Assembly: GCF_037042905.1 (NCBI RefSeq)
Contig: NC_087248.1
Location: forward strand, 9,672,001 to 9,736,000
Length of the DNA: 64,000 bases
Reading direction: 5' to 3'
From: Lytechinus pictus
Taxonomy: Eukaryota
Part shown: piece after piece, positions 37,263 through 50,309 of the stretch
Numbering within the stretch: the stretch's first letter is position 1
How the letters are laid out: each line of letters begins with the position of its first letter
The notes under the pieces: generated by a model
Databases searched by the model: none
Told to the model about the DNA's origin: nothing
What the model saw: only the letters and a program-made list of their open reading frames with translations
Program-made: the position numbers and the translations under genes

Positions 37263-37376
37263 ATGTTTACCATTTTCATGAAACTAAAATAACTAAGAAA
37301 ATGTGAACAAATCAATCAAGGACATCCTTTGATCACTTATTAGAATTTGAGTCATGTTGATACACAACTATCTCAA

Positions 37377-37449
37377 GCCCGGTTAGCTCAGTCGGTAGAG
37401 CATCAGACTTTTAATCTGAGGGTCGCGGGTTCGAGTCCCTCATCGGGCG
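37377..37449 (+). tRNA. trnK: tRNA-Lys(TTT)
   Basis: Array consensus. Confidence 0.92.
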
Positions 37450-37866
37450 ATGGTTAGTATTTTTTTTCATTACGAAGAGCATGCTAGAACTTTGAAAGCC
37501 TTTTGAGTTTTTGACATCTAAACATAGTCATTATAAATTTTGAGCTTTCTAATTGCAAAAACTTTATTAATTAGCCTCAACTTTTGTATTTGAAATGTTT
37601 AAAGCATTATAAAAATGAAATACCAAATAATTCACATTAATGTATATAGAATTTATAATTAAGAAGATCTTTGTTGAATGAATAGTCTAAACGAATACAT
37701 GCAATTTTTATTGTTCATAGAAGAGTTAAAACATGTTTTGATTATCGATAGTATTTCAGATGAAATATTTCAAAACATTAAGAGTTTGTGAACAAATTTC
37801 TTAATGACATAATCGGCTCACTTATCTGAATTTGATCCAGTTAAAATGTATACATATCTACAACAA

Positions 37867-37939
37867 GCCCGGTTAGCTCAGTAGGTAGAGCATCAGACTT
37901 TTAATCTGAGGGTCGCGGGTTCAAGTCCCTCATCGGGCG
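37867..37939 (+). tRNA. trnK: tRNA-Lys(TTT), C17>A G57>A
   Basis: Array copy. Confidence 0.85.
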
Positions 37940-38334
37940 ATGGTTACCATTTTCATGAAAGTTATGATACAAGCCTCTTACGTTTTTGACATCTAAATCT
38001 AATCTAAATCTAATCTACATTTCATTTATACAATGTAAAATTTTCAAATGCCTTTTCTTTTTCGATATCTAATCATGATGAAAATAATGTTCATATAATT
38101 CATTCTAAGAATTCGCCTCTGCTCATTATTGGAATTATGATATTTATTATTTGAGATTTAATGACTGAGAGGCTCTTTATTTAATATTCCATGAACAAAT
38201 TTCATTTTTTATGAATCAATCGATCGCTATTTTAGATTTCATATGTAAGTTTTGCGATTAAATTTAAAAAAAGGGTGAGAACTCATTAGCTCACTAATTA
38301 GAATTTGAGTCATGTTAATACACAACTAACTCAA

Positions 38335-38407
38335 GCCCGGTTAGCTCAGTCGGTAGAGCATCAGACTCTTAATCTGAGGGTCGCGGGTTCGAGTCCCTCG
38401 TCGGGTG
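38335..38407 (+). tRNA. trnK: tRNA-Lys(CTT), A66>G C72>T
   Basis: Loop CTCTTAA. Confidence 0.8.
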
Positions 38408-38809
38408 ATGTTTACCATGTTCATGAAAGTCATGATACAAGCCTTTTACGTTTTTGACATCTAAATGTAATCTACATTTTATTTACGCAATGCAAAACTT
38501 TAAAATGCCTTATCTTTTTCGATATCGAATCTTGATAAATGTTTGTATATTTCATTCTAAAAATTCGGCTCAACTCATTATTTAAAACATAATAATTATT
38601 ACTGGAGATTTAATAATTGAGAGGCTCTGTATTTAATGTTCCATGAACAAAATTTGTTTTTTCATAAAACACTCTATCTCTATCTTAGATTTGTAGGTAA
38701 ATTTTGCGATGAAATATAAAAAAAACTAAGAAAATGTGAACTAATTAATCAAGGACATCCTTAGATCACTTATTAGAATTTGAGTCATGTTGATACATAA
38801 CTATCTCAA

Positions 38810-38882
38810 GCCCGGTTAGCTCAGTCGGTAGAGCCTCAGAATTTTAAACTGAGGGTCGCGGGTTCGAGTCCCTCATCGGGCG
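38810..38882 (+). tRNA. trnK: tRNA-Lys(TTT) variant A26>C C32>A T39>A (possible pseudogene)
   Basis: 3993-bp HOR copy. Confidence 0.6.
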
Positions 38883-39299
38883 ATGGTTAGAATTTTTTTT
38901 CTTTACGAAGAGCATGCTAGAACTTTGAAAGCCTTTTGAGTTTTTGACATCTAAACAAGTCATTATAAATTTTGAGCTTTCTTATTGCAAAAACTCTAAT
39001 AATTAGCCTCAACTTTTGTATACGAAATGTTTAAAGCATTATAAAAATGAGATACCAAAATAATTACCATTAATGTATATAGAATTTATAATTAAGAAGA
39101 TCTTTGTTGAATGACAAGTCTAAATAAATACATGCAATTTCTATTGTTCATAGAAGAGTTAAAACATGTTTTGATTATCGATAGTATTTGAGATGAAATG
39201 TTTCAAAACGTTAAGAGTTTGTGAACTAATTACTTAATGACATAATCGGCTCTATTATCTAAATAAGATCCAGTTAAAATGTATACATATCTACAACAA

Positions 39300-39372
39300 G
39301 CCCGGTTAGCTCAGTCGGTAGAGCATCAGACTTTTAATCTGAGGGTCGCGGGTTCGAGTCCTTCATCGGGCG
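39300..39372 (+). tRNA. trnK: tRNA-Lys(TTT), C63>T
   Basis: HOR copy. Confidence 0.82.
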
Positions 39373-39774
39373 ATGGTTACCATTTTCATGAAAGTCATGA
39401 TACAAGCCTCTTATGTTTTTGACATCTAAAGGTAATCTACATTTTATTTACGCAATGCAAAATTTTCAAATGCCTTATCTTTTTCGATATCGAATCTTCA
39501 TAAATGTTTGTATATTTTATTCTCAAAATTCGGCTCAACTCATTATTTAAAACATAATAATTATTACTGGAGATCTAATAATTGAGAGGCTCTGTATTTA
39601 ATGCTCCATGAACAAAATTTGTTCTTTTATGAATTAATCGATCGCTATTGTAGATTTCATAGGTAAATTTTGCGATGAAATTTAAAAAAACTAAGAAAAT
39701 TTGAACTAATTAATCAAGGACATCATTAGATCACTTATTAGAATTTGAGTCATGTTGATACACAACTATCTCAA

Positions 39775-39841
39775 GACCGGTTAGCTCAGTCGGTAGAGCA
39801 TCAGACTTTTAATCTGAGGGTCGCGGGTTCGAGTCCCTCAT
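39775..39841 (+). pseudogene. tRNA-Lys(TTT) pseudogene, 3' deletion
   Basis: HOR copy of 35782. Confidence 0.85.
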
Positions 39842-40226
39842 ATGTTTACCATTTTCATGAAAGTCATGATACAAGCCTTTTACGTTTTTGACATCTAAAT
39901 CTAATCTACATTTCATTTATACAATGCAAAACTTTCAAATGCCTTATATTTTTCGATATCAAATCTTGATGAAAATAATGTTCATATATTTCATTCTAGG
40001 AATTCGCCTCAACTCATTATTTGAATTATGATAGTTATTGTTTGAGATTTCATGACTGAGAGGCTCTTTATTTAATGTTCCATGAACAAATGTTATTTTT
40101 CATAAATCAATCGATCGCTATTTTAGATTTTGTAGGTAAGTTTTGCGATTAAATATAAAAAAGGAAGTGTGAACTTATTAGCTCACTAATTAGAATTTGA
40201 GTCATGTTAATACACAACTAACATAA

Positions 40227-40299
40227 GCCCGGTTAGCTCAGTCGGTAGAGCATCAGACTTTTAATCTGAGGGTCGCGGGTTCGAGTCCCTCATCGGGCG
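40227..40299 (+). tRNA. trnK: tRNA-Lys(TTT)
   Basis: Array consensus. Confidence 0.92.
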
Positions 40300-40717
40300 A
40301 TGTTTACCATTTTCATGACAGTTATGAAACAATGCAAAATTTTCAAAGGCCTTTTACTTATTTGACGTCTAAGTCTTATCTTCATAAATTTTGAACTTTA
40401 TTGTAAAAACCTTGTTAATCAGCCTCAACTTATTTGTAATACGAATTGTTTAAAGTATTATAAATAATGAAATACCAAATAATTAACATTAATGTATAAA
40501 TTTTATAATTAAGAAGCTCTTCATTGAATGACATGTCTTAACAAATACATGCAATTTCTATTGTTCATAGAAGAGTTAAACCATGTCTTAGATTATCGAT
40601 AGTATTTGAGATGAAATGTTTCAAAACGTTAAGAGTTTGTGAACTAATTACTTAATGACATAATCGGCTCACTTATCTAAATTAGATCCAGTTAAAATGT
40701 ATACATATCTACAACAA

Positions 40718-40790
40718 GCCCGGTTAGCTCAGTCGGTAGAGCATCAGACTTTTAATCTGAGGGTCGCGGGTTCGAGTCCCTCATCGGGCG
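40718..40790 (+). tRNA. trnK: tRNA-Lys(TTT)
   Basis: Array consensus. Confidence 0.92.
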
Positions 40791-41182
40791 ATGTTTACCA
40801 TTTTCATGAAAGTCATGATACAAGTCTTTTACGTTTTGGACATCTAAATCTAATTTTAATCTAATCTACATTTTATTTATACAATGCAACATTTTCAAAT
40901 GCCTTATCTTTTTCGATATAAAATCATGATGAAAATAATGTTCATATAATTCATTCTAAGAATTCGCCTCAACTCATTATTTGAATTATGATAGCTATTA
41001 TATTAGATTTAATTACTGAGAGGCTCTTTATTTAATATTCCATGAACAAATTTTATGTTTTATGAATCAATCGATCGCTATTTTAGATTTCATATGTAAG
41101 TTTTGCGATTAAATATAAAAAAGTGAGAACTCATTACCTCACTAATTAGAATTTGAGTCATGTTAATACACTACTAACTCAA

Positions 41183-41255
41183 GCCCGGTTAGCTCAGTCG
41201 GTAGATCATCAGACTTTTAATCTGAGGGTCGCGGGTTCGAGTCCCTCATCGGGCG
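41183..41255 (+). tRNA. trnK: tRNA-Lys(TTT), G24>T
   Basis: HOR copy. Confidence 0.75.
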
Positions 41256-41369
41256 ATGTTTACCATTTTCATGAAACTAAAATAACTAAGAAAATGTGAA
41301 CAAATCAATCAAGGACATCCTTTGATCACTTATTAGAATTTGAGTCATGTTGATACACAACTATCTCAA

Positions 41370-41442
41370 GCCCGGTTAGCTCAGTCGGTAGAGCATCAGA
41401 CTTTTAATCTGAGGGTCGCGGGTTCGAGTCCCTCATCGGGCG
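41370..41442 (+). tRNA. trnK: tRNA-Lys(TTT)
   Basis: Array consensus. Confidence 0.92.
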
Positions 41443-41859
41443 ATGGTTAGTATTTTTTTTCATTACGAAGAGCATGCTAGAACTTTGAAAGCCTTTTGAG
41501 TTTTTGACATCTAAACATAGTCATTATAAATTTTGAGCTTTCTAATTGCAAAAACTTTATTAATTAGCCTCAACTTTTGTATTTGAAATGTTTAAAGCAT
41601 TATAAAAATGAAATACCAAATAATTCACATTAATGTATATAGAATTTATAATTAAGAAGATCTTTGTTGAATGAATAGTCTAAACGAATACATGCAATTT
41701 TTATTGTTCATAGAAGAGTTAAAACATGTTTTGATTATCGATAGTATTTCAGATGAAATATTTCAAAACATTAAGAGTTTGTGAACAAATTTCTTAATGA
41801 CATAATCGGCTCACTTATCTGAATTTGATCCAGTTAAAATGTATACATATCTACAACAA

Positions 41860-41932
41860 GCCCGGTTAGCTCAGTAGGTAGAGCATCAGACTTTTAATCT
41901 GAGGGTCGCGGGTTCAAGTCCCTCATCGGGCG
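41860..41932 (+). tRNA. trnK: tRNA-Lys(TTT), C17>A G57>A
   Basis: HOR copy. Confidence 0.85.
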
Positions 41933-42327
41933 ATGGTTACCATTTTCATGAAAGTTATGATACAAGCCTCTTACGTTTTTGACATCTAAATCTAATCTAA
42001 ATCTAATCTACATTTCATTTATACAATGTAAAATTTTCAAATGCCTTTTCTTTTTCGATATCTAATCATGATGAAAATAATGTTCATATAATTCATTCTA
42101 AGAATTCGCCTCTGCTCATTATTGGAATTATGATATTTATTATTTGAGATTTAATGACTGAGAGGCTCTTTATTTAATATTCCATGAACAAATTTCATTT
42201 TTTATGAATCAATCGATCGCTATTTTAGATTTCATATGTAAGTTTTGCGATTAAATTTAAAAAAAGGGTGAGAACTCATTAGCTCACTAATTAGAATTTG
42301 AGTCATGTTAATACACAACTAACTCAA

Positions 42328-42400
42328 GCCCGGTTAGCTCAGTCGGTAGAGCATCAGACTCTTAATCTGAGGGTCGCGGGTTCGAGTCCCTCGTCGGGTG
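42328..42400 (+). tRNA. trnK: tRNA-Lys(CTT), A66>G C72>T
   Basis: HOR copy. Confidence 0.8.
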
Positions 42401-42802
42401 ATGTTTACCATGTTCATGAAAGTCATGATACAAGCCTTTTACGTTTTTGACATCTAAATGTAATCTACATTTTATTTACGCAATGCAAAACTTTAAAATG
42501 CCTTATCTTTTTCGATATCGAATCTTGATAAATGTTTGTATATTTCATTCTAAAAATTCGGCTCAACTCATTATTTAAAACATAATAATTATTACTGGAG
42601 ATTTAATAATTGAGAGGCTCTGTATTTAATGTTCCATGAACAAAATTTGTTTTTTCATAAAACACTCTATCTCTATCTTAGATTTGTAGGTAAATTTTGC
42701 GATGAAATATAAAAAAAACTAAGAAAATGTGAACTAATTAATCAAGGACATCCTTAGATCACTTATTAGAATTTGAGTCATGTTGATACATAACTATCTC
42801 AA

Positions 42803-42875
42803 GCCCGGTTAGCTCAGTCGGTAGAGCCTCAGAATTTTAAACTGAGGGTCGCGGGTTCGAGTCCCTCATCGGGCG
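42803..42875 (+). tRNA. trnK: tRNA-Lys(TTT) variant A26>C C32>A T39>A (possible pseudogene)
   Basis: HOR copy. Confidence 0.6.
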
Positions 42876-43292
42876 ATGGTTAGAATTTTTTTTCTTTACG
42901 AAGAGCATGCTAGAACTTTGAAAGCCTTTTGAGTTTTTGACATCTAAACAAGTCATTATAAATTTTGAGCTTTCTTATTGCAAAAACTCTAATAATTAGC
43001 CTCAACTTTTGTATACGAAATGTTTAAAGCATTATAAAAATGAGATACCAAAATAATTACCATTAATGTATATAGAATTTATAATTAAGAAGATCTTTGT
43101 TGAATGACAAGTCTAAATAAATACATGCAATTTCTATTGTTCATAGAAGAGTTAAAACATGTTTTGATTATCGATAGTATTTGAGATGAAATGTTTCAAA
43201 ACGTTAAGAGTTTGTGAACTAATTACTTAATGACATAATCGGCTCTATTATCTAAATAAGATCCAGTTAAAATGTATACATATCTACAACAA

Positions 43293-43365
43293 GCCCGGTT
43301 AGCTCAGTCGGTAGAGCATCAGACTTTTAATCTGAGGGTCGCGGGTTCGAGTCCTTCATCGGGCG
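43293..43365 (+). tRNA. trnK: tRNA-Lys(TTT), C63>T
   Basis: HOR copy. Confidence 0.82.
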
Positions 43366-43767
43366 ATGGTTACCATTTTCATGAAAGTCATGATACAAGC
43401 CTCTTATGTTTTTGACATCTAAAGGTAATCTACATTTTATTTACGCAATGCAAAATTTTCAAATGCCTTATCTTTTTCGATATCGAATCTTCATAAATGT
43501 TTGTATATTTTATTCTCAAAATTCGGCTCAACTCATTATTTAAAACATAATAATTATTACTGGAGATCTAATAATTGAGAGGCTCTGTATTTAATGCTCC
43601 ATGAACAAAATTTGTTCTTTTATGAATTAATCGATCGCTATTGTAGATTTCATAGGTAAATTTTGCGATGAAATTTAAAAAAACTAAGAAAATTTGAACT
43701 AATTAATCAAGGACATCATTAGATCACTTATTAGAATTTGAGTCATGTTGATACACAACTATCTCAA

Positions 43768-43834
43768 GACCGGTTAGCTCAGTCGGTAGAGCATCAGACT
43801 TTTAATCTGAGGGTCGCGGGTTCGAGTCCCTCAT
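43768..43834 (+). pseudogene. tRNA-Lys(TTT) pseudogene, 3' deletion
   Basis: HOR copy of 35782. Confidence 0.85.
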
Positions 43835-44219
43835 ATGTTTACCATTTTCATGAAAGTCATGATACAAGCCTTTTACGTTTTTGACATCTAAATCTAATCT
43901 ACATTTCATTTATACAATGCAAAACTTTCAAATGCCTTATATTTTTCGATATCAAATCTTGATGAAAATAATGTTCATATATTTCATTCTAGGAATTCGC
44001 CTCAACTCATTATTTGAATTATGATAGTTATTGTTTGAGATTTCATGACTGAGAGGCTCTTTATTTAATGTTCCATGAACAAATGTTATTTTTCATAAAT
44101 CAATCGATCGCTATTTTAGATTTTGTAGGTAAGTTTTGCGATTAAATATAAAAAAGGAAGTGTGAACTTATTAGCTCACTAATTAGAATTTGAGTCATGT
44201 TAATACACAACTAACATAA

Positions 44220-44292
44220 GCCCGGTTAGCTCAGTCGGTAGAGCATCAGACTTTTAATCTGAGGGTCGCGGGTTCGAGTCCCTCATCGGGCG
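44220..44292 (+). tRNA. trnK: tRNA-Lys(TTT)
   Basis: Array consensus. Confidence 0.92.
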
Positions 44293-44710
44293 ATGTTTAC
44301 CATTTTCATGACAGTTATGAAACAATGCAAAATTTTCAAAGGCCTTTTACTTATTTGACGTCTAAGTCTTATCTTCATAAATTTTGAACTTTATTGTAAA
44401 AACCTTGTTAATCAGCCTCAACTTATTTGTAATACGAATTGTTTAAAGTATTATAAATAATGAAATACCAAATAATTAACATTAATGTATAAATTTTATA
44501 ATTAAGAAGCTCTTCATTGAATGACATGTCTTAACAAATACATGCAATTTCTATTGTTCATAGAAGAGTTAAACCATGTCTTAGATTATCGATAGTATTT
44601 GAGATGAAATGTTTCAAAACGTTAAGAGTTTGTGAACTAATTACTTAATGACATAATCGGCTCACTTATCTAAATTAGATCCAGTTAAAATGTATACATA
44701 TCTACAACAA

Positions 44711-44783
44711 GCCCGGTTAGCTCAGTCGGTAGAGCATCAGACTTTTAATCTGAGGGTCGCGGGTTCGAGTCCCTCATCGGGCG
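44711..44783 (+). tRNA. trnK: tRNA-Lys(TTT)
   Basis: Array consensus. Confidence 0.92.
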
Positions 44784-45175
44784 ATGTTTACCATTTTCAT
44801 GAAAGTCATGATACAAGTCTTTTACGTTTTGGACATCTAAATCTAATTTTAATCTAATCTACATTTTATTTATACAATGCAACATTTTCAAATGCCTTAT
44901 CTTTTTCGATATAAAATCATGATGAAAATAATGTTCATATAATTCATTCTAAGAATTCGCCTCAACTCATTATTTGAATTATGATAGCTATTATATTAGA
45001 TTTAATTACTGAGAGGCTCTTTATTTAATATTCCATGAACAAATTTTATGTTTTATGAATCAATCGATCGCTATTTTAGATTTCATATGTAAGTTTTGCG
45101 ATTAAATATAAAAAAGTGAGAACTCATTACCTCACTAATTAGAATTTGAGTCATGTTAATACACTACTAACTCAA

Positions 45176-45248
45176 GCCCGGTTAGCTCAGTCGGTAGATC
45201 ATCAGACTTTTAATCTGAGGGTCGCGGGTTCGAGTCCCTCATCGGGCG
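45176..45248 (+). tRNA. trnK: tRNA-Lys(TTT), G24>T
   Basis: HOR copy. Confidence 0.75.
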
Positions 45249-45362
45249 ATGTTTACCATTTTCATGAAACTAAAATAACTAAGAAAATGTGAACAAATCA
45301 ATCAAGGACATCCTTTGATCACTTATTAGAATTTGAGTCATGTTGATACACAACTATCTCAA

Positions 45363-45435
45363 GCCCGGTTAGCTCAGTCGGTAGAGCATCAGACTTTTAA
45401 TCTGAGGGTCGCGGGTTCGAGTCCCTCATCGGGCG
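45363..45435 (+). tRNA. trnK: tRNA-Lys(TTT)
   Basis: Array consensus. Confidence 0.92.
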
Positions 45436-45852
45436 ATGGTTAGTATTTTTTTTCATTACGAAGAGCATGCTAGAACTTTGAAAGCCTTTTGAGTTTTTGA
45501 CATCTAAACATAGTCATTATAAATTTTGAGCTTTCTAATTGCAAAAACTTTATTAATTAGCCTCAACTTTTGTATTTGAAATGTTTAAAGCATTATAAAA
45601 ATGAAATACCAAATAATTCACATTAATGTATATAGAATTTATAATTAAGAAGATCTTTGTTGAATGAATAGTCTAAACGAATACATGCAATTTTTATTGT
45701 TCATAGAAGAGTTAAAACATGTTTTGATTATCGATAGTATTTCAGATGAAATATTTCAAAACATTAAGAGTTTGTGAACAAATTTCTTAATGACATAATC
45801 GGCTCACTTATCTGAATTTGATCCAGTTAAAATGTATACATATCTACAACAA

Positions 45853-45925
45853 GCCCGGTTAGCTCAGTAGGTAGAGCATCAGACTTTTAATCTGAGGGTC
45901 GCGGGTTCAAGTCCCTCATCGGGCG
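45853..45925 (+). tRNA. trnK: tRNA-Lys(TTT), C17>A G57>A
   Basis: HOR copy. Confidence 0.85.
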
Positions 45926-46319
45926 ATGGTTACCATTTTCATGAAAGTTATGATACAAGCCTCTTACGTTTTTGACATCTAAATCTAATCTAAATCTAAT
46001 CTACATTTCATTTATACAATGTAAAATTTTCAAATGCCTTTTCTTTTTCGATATCTAATCATGATGAAAATAATGTTCATATAATTCATTCTAAGAATTC
46101 GCCTCAACTCATTATTTGAATTATGATAGCTATTATATTAGATTTAATTACTGAGAGGCTCTTTATTTAATATTCCATGAACAAATTTTATGTTTTATGA
46201 ATCAATCGATCGCTATTTTAGATTTCATATGTAAGTTTTGCGATTAAATTTAAAAAAAGGTGAGAACTCATTAGCTCACTAATTAGAATTTGAGTCATGT
46301 TAATACACTTCTAACTCAT

Positions 46320-46392
46320 ACCCGGTAAGCTCAGTCGGTAGAGCATCAGACTTTTAATCTGAGGGTCGCGGGTTCGAGTCCCTCATCGGGCG
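46320..46392 (+). tRNA. trnK: tRNA-Lys(TTT), G1>A T8>A (possible pseudogene)
   Basis: acccggtaagc start. Confidence 0.6.
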
Positions 46393-46773
46393 ATGTTTAC
46401 CATTTTCATGAAAGTCATGATACAAGTCTTTTACGTTTTGGACATCTAAATGTAATCTACATTTTATTTACGCAATGTATAACTTTCAAATGCCTTATCT
46501 TTTTCGATATCGAATCTTGATAAATGTTTGTATATTTTATTCTAAAAATTCGGCTCAACTCATTATTTAAAACATAATAATTATTACTGGAGATTTAATA
46601 ATTGATAGGCTCTGTATTTAATGTTCCATGAACAAAATTTGTTCTTTTATGAAACAATCTATCTCTACCTTAGATTTGTAGGTAAATTTTGCGATGAAAT
46701 ATAAGAAAAGAAAGTGAAAACTCATTAGCTCACTAATTAGAAGTTGAGTCATGTTAATACACTTCTAACTCAT

Positions 46774-46846
46774 ACCCGGTAAGCTCAGTCGGTAGAGCAT
46801 CAGACTTTTAATCTGAGGGTCGCGGGTTCGAGTCCCTCATCGGGCG
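46774..46846 (+). tRNA. trnK: tRNA-Lys(TTT), G1>A T8>A (possible pseudogene)
   Basis: acccggtaagc start. Confidence 0.6.
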
Positions 46847-47231
46847 ATGTTTACCATTTTCATGAAAGTCATGATACAAGTCTTTTACGTTTTGGACATC
46901 TAAATGTAATCTACATTTTATTTACGCAATGTATAACTTTCAAATGCCTTATCTTTTTCGATATCAAATCTTGATGAAAATAATGTTCATATATTTCATT
47001 CTAGGAATTCGCCTCAACTCATTATTTGAATTATGATAGTTATTGTTTGAGATTTCATGACTGAGAGGCTCTTTATTTAATGTTCCATGAACAAATGTTA
47101 TTTTTCATAAATCAATCGATCGCTATTTTAGATTTTGTAGGTAAGTTTTGCGATTAAATATAAAAAAGGAAGTGTGAACTTATTAGCTCACTAATTAGAA
47201 TTTGAGTCATGTTAATACACAACTAACATAA

Positions 47232-47304
47232 GCCCGGTTAGCTCAGTCGGTAGAGCATCAGACTTTTAATCTGAGGGTCGCGGGTTCGAGTCCCTCATCG
47301 GGCG
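47232..47304 (+). tRNA. trnK: tRNA-Lys(TTT)
   Basis: Array consensus. Confidence 0.92.
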
Positions 47305-47722
47305 ATGTTTACCATTTTCATGACAGTTATGAAACAATGCAAAATTTTCAAAGGCCTTTTACTTATTTGACGTCTAAGTCTTATCTTCATAAATTTTGAA
47401 CTTTATTGTAAAAACCTTGTTAATCAGCCTCAACTTATTTGTAATACGAATTGTTTAAAGTATTATAAATAATGAAATACCAAATAATTAACATTAATGT
47501 ATAAATTTTATAATTAAGAAGCTCTTCATTGAATGACATGTCTTAACAAATACATGCAATTTCTATTGTTCATAGAAGAGTTAAACCATGTCTTAGATTA
47601 TCGATAGTATTTGAGATGAAATGTTTCAAAACGTTAAGAGTTTGTGAACTAATTACTTAATGACATAATCGGCTCACTTATCTAAATTAGATCCAGTTAA
47701 AATGTATACATATCTACAACAA

Positions 47723-47795
47723 GCCCGGTTAGCTCAGTCGGTAGAGCATCAGACTTTTAATCTGAGGGTCGCGGGTTCGAGTCCCTCATCGGGCG
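47723..47795 (+). tRNA. trnK: tRNA-Lys(TTT)
   Basis: Array consensus. Confidence 0.92.
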
Positions 47796-48187
47796 ATGTT
47801 TACCATTTTCATGAAAGTCATGATACAAGTCTTTTACGTTTTGGACATCTAAATCTAATTTTAATCTAATCTACATTTTATTTATACAATGCAACATTTT
47901 CAAATGCCTTATCTTTTTCGATATAAAATCATGATGAAAATAATGTTCATATAATTCATTCTAAGAATTCGCCTCAACTCATTATTTGAATTATGATAGC
48001 TATTATATTAGATTTAATTACTGAGAGGCTCTTTATTTAATATTCCATGAACAAATTTTATGTTTTATGAATCAATCGATCGCTATTTTAGATTTCATAT
48101 GTAAGTTTTGCGATTAAATATAAAAAAGTGAGAACTCATTACCTCACTAATTAGAATTTGAGTCATGTTAATACACTACTAACTCAA

Positions 48188-48260
48188 GCCCGGTTAGCTC
48201 AGTCGGTAGATCATCAGACTTTTAATCTGAGGGTCGCGGGTTCGAGTCCCTCATCGGGCG
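48188..48260 (+). tRNA. trnK: tRNA-Lys(TTT), G24>T
   Basis: HOR copy. Confidence 0.75.
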
Positions 48261-48374
48261 ATGTTTACCATTTTCATGAAACTAAAATAACTAAGAAAAT
48301 GTGAACAAATCAATCAAGGACATCCTTTGATCACTTATTAGAATTTGAGTCATGTTGATACACAACTATCTCAA

Positions 48375-48447
48375 GCCCGGTTAGCTCAGTCGGTAGAGCA
48401 TCAGACTTTTAATCTGAGGGTCGCGGGTTCGAGTCCCTCATCGGGCG
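48375..48447 (+). tRNA. trnK: tRNA-Lys(TTT)
   Basis: Array consensus. Confidence 0.92.
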
Positions 48448-48864
48448 ATGGTTAGTATTTTTTTTCATTACGAAGAGCATGCTAGAACTTTGAAAGCCTT
48501 TTGAGTTTTTGACATCTAAACATAGTCATTATAAATTTTGAGCTTTCTAATTGCAAAAACTTTATTAATTAGCCTCAACTTTTGTATTTGAAATGTTTAA
48601 AGCATTATAAAAATGAAATACCAAATAATTCACATTAATGTATATAGAATTTATAATTAAGAAGATCTTTGTTGAATGAATAGTCTAAACGAATACATGC
48701 AATTTTTATTGTTCATAGAAGAGTTAAAACATGTTTTGATTATCGATAGTATTTCAGATGAAATATTTCAAAACATTAAGAGTTTGTGAACAAATTTCTT
48801 AATGACATAATCGGCTCACTTATCTGAATTTGATCCAGTTAAAATGTATACATATCTACAACAA

Positions 48865-48937
48865 GCCCGGTTAGCTCAGTAGGTAGAGCATCAGACTTTT
48901 AATCTGAGGGTCGCGGGTTCAAGTCCCTCATCGGGCG
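48865..48937 (+). tRNA. trnK: tRNA-Lys(TTT), C17>A G57>A
   Basis: HOR copy. Confidence 0.85.
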
Positions 48938-49331
48938 ATGGTTACCATTTTCATGAAAGTTATGATACAAGCCTCTTACGTTTTTGACATCTAAATCTAA
49001 TCTAAATCTAATCTACATTTCATTTATACAATGTAAAATTTTCAAATGCCTTTTCTTTTTCGATATCTAATCATGATGAAAATAATGTTCATATAATTCA
49101 TTCTAAGAATTCGCCTCAACTCATTATTTGAATTATGATAGCTATTATATTAGATTTAATTACTGAGAGGCTCTTTATTTAATATTCCATGAACAAATTT
49201 TATGTTTTATGAATCAATCGATCGCTATTTTAGATTTCATATGTAAGTTTTGCGATTAAATTTAAAAAAAGGTGAGAACTCATTAGCTCACTAATTAGAA
49301 TTTGAGTCATGTTAATACACTTCTAACTCAT

Positions 49332-49404
49332 ACCCGGTAAGCTCAGTCGGTAGAGCATCAGACTTTTAATCTGAGGGTCGCGGGTTCGAGTCCCTCATCG
49401 GGCG
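49332..49404 (+). tRNA. trnK: tRNA-Lys(TTT), G1>A T8>A (possible pseudogene)
   Basis: 3012-bp HOR copy. Confidence 0.6.
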
Positions 49405-49785
49405 ATGTTTACCATTTTCATGAAAGTCATGATACAAGTCTTTTACGTTTTGGACATCTAAATGTAATCTACATTTTATTTACGCAATGTATAACTTTCA
49501 AATGCCTTATCTTTTTCGATATCGAATCTTGATAAATGTTTGTATATTTTATTCTAAAAATTCGGCTCAACTCATTATTTAAAACATAATAATTATTACT
49601 GGAGATTTAATAATTGATAGGCTCTGTATTTAATGTTCCATGAACAAAATTTGTTCTTTTATGAAACAATCTATCTCTACCTTAGATTTGTAGGTAAATT
49701 TTGCGATGAAATATAAGAAAAGAAAGTGAAAACTCATTAGCTCACTAATTAGAAGTTGAGTCATGTTAATACACTTCTAACTCAT

Positions 49786-49858
49786 ACCCGGTAAGCTCAG
49801 TCGGTAGAGCATCAGACTTTTAATCTGAGGGTCGCGGGTTCGAGTCCCTCATCGGGCG
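49786..49858 (+). tRNA. trnK: tRNA-Lys(TTT), G1>A T8>A (possible pseudogene)
   Basis: 3012-bp HOR copy. Confidence 0.6.
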
Positions 49859-50236
49859 ATGTTTACCATTTTCATGAAAGTCATGATACAAGTCTTTTAC
49901 GTTTTGGACATCTAAATGTAATCTACATTTTATTTACGCAATGTATAACTTTCAAATGCCTTATCTTTTTCGATATCGAATCTTGATAAATGTTTGCATA
50001 TTTTATTCTAAAAATTCGGCTCAACTCATTATTTAAAACATAATAATTATTACTGGAGATTTAATAATTGATAGGCTCTGTATTTAATGTTCCTTGAACA
50101 AAATTTGTTCTTTTATGAATGAATCGATCGCTGTTGTAGATTTCATATGTAAGTTTTGCGATTAATAAAAAAAAAAGTGAGAACTCATTACCTCACTAAT
50201 TAGAATTTGAGTCATGTTAATACACAACTAACTCAA

Positions 50237-50309
50237 GCCCGGTTAGCTCAGTCGGTAGAGCATCAGACTCTTAATCTGAGGGTCGCTGGTTCGAGTCCCT
50301 CATCGGGCG
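50237..50309 (+). tRNA. trnK: tRNA-Lys(CTT), G51>T
   Basis: Loop CTCTTAA; T-stem mismatch. Confidence 0.7.
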
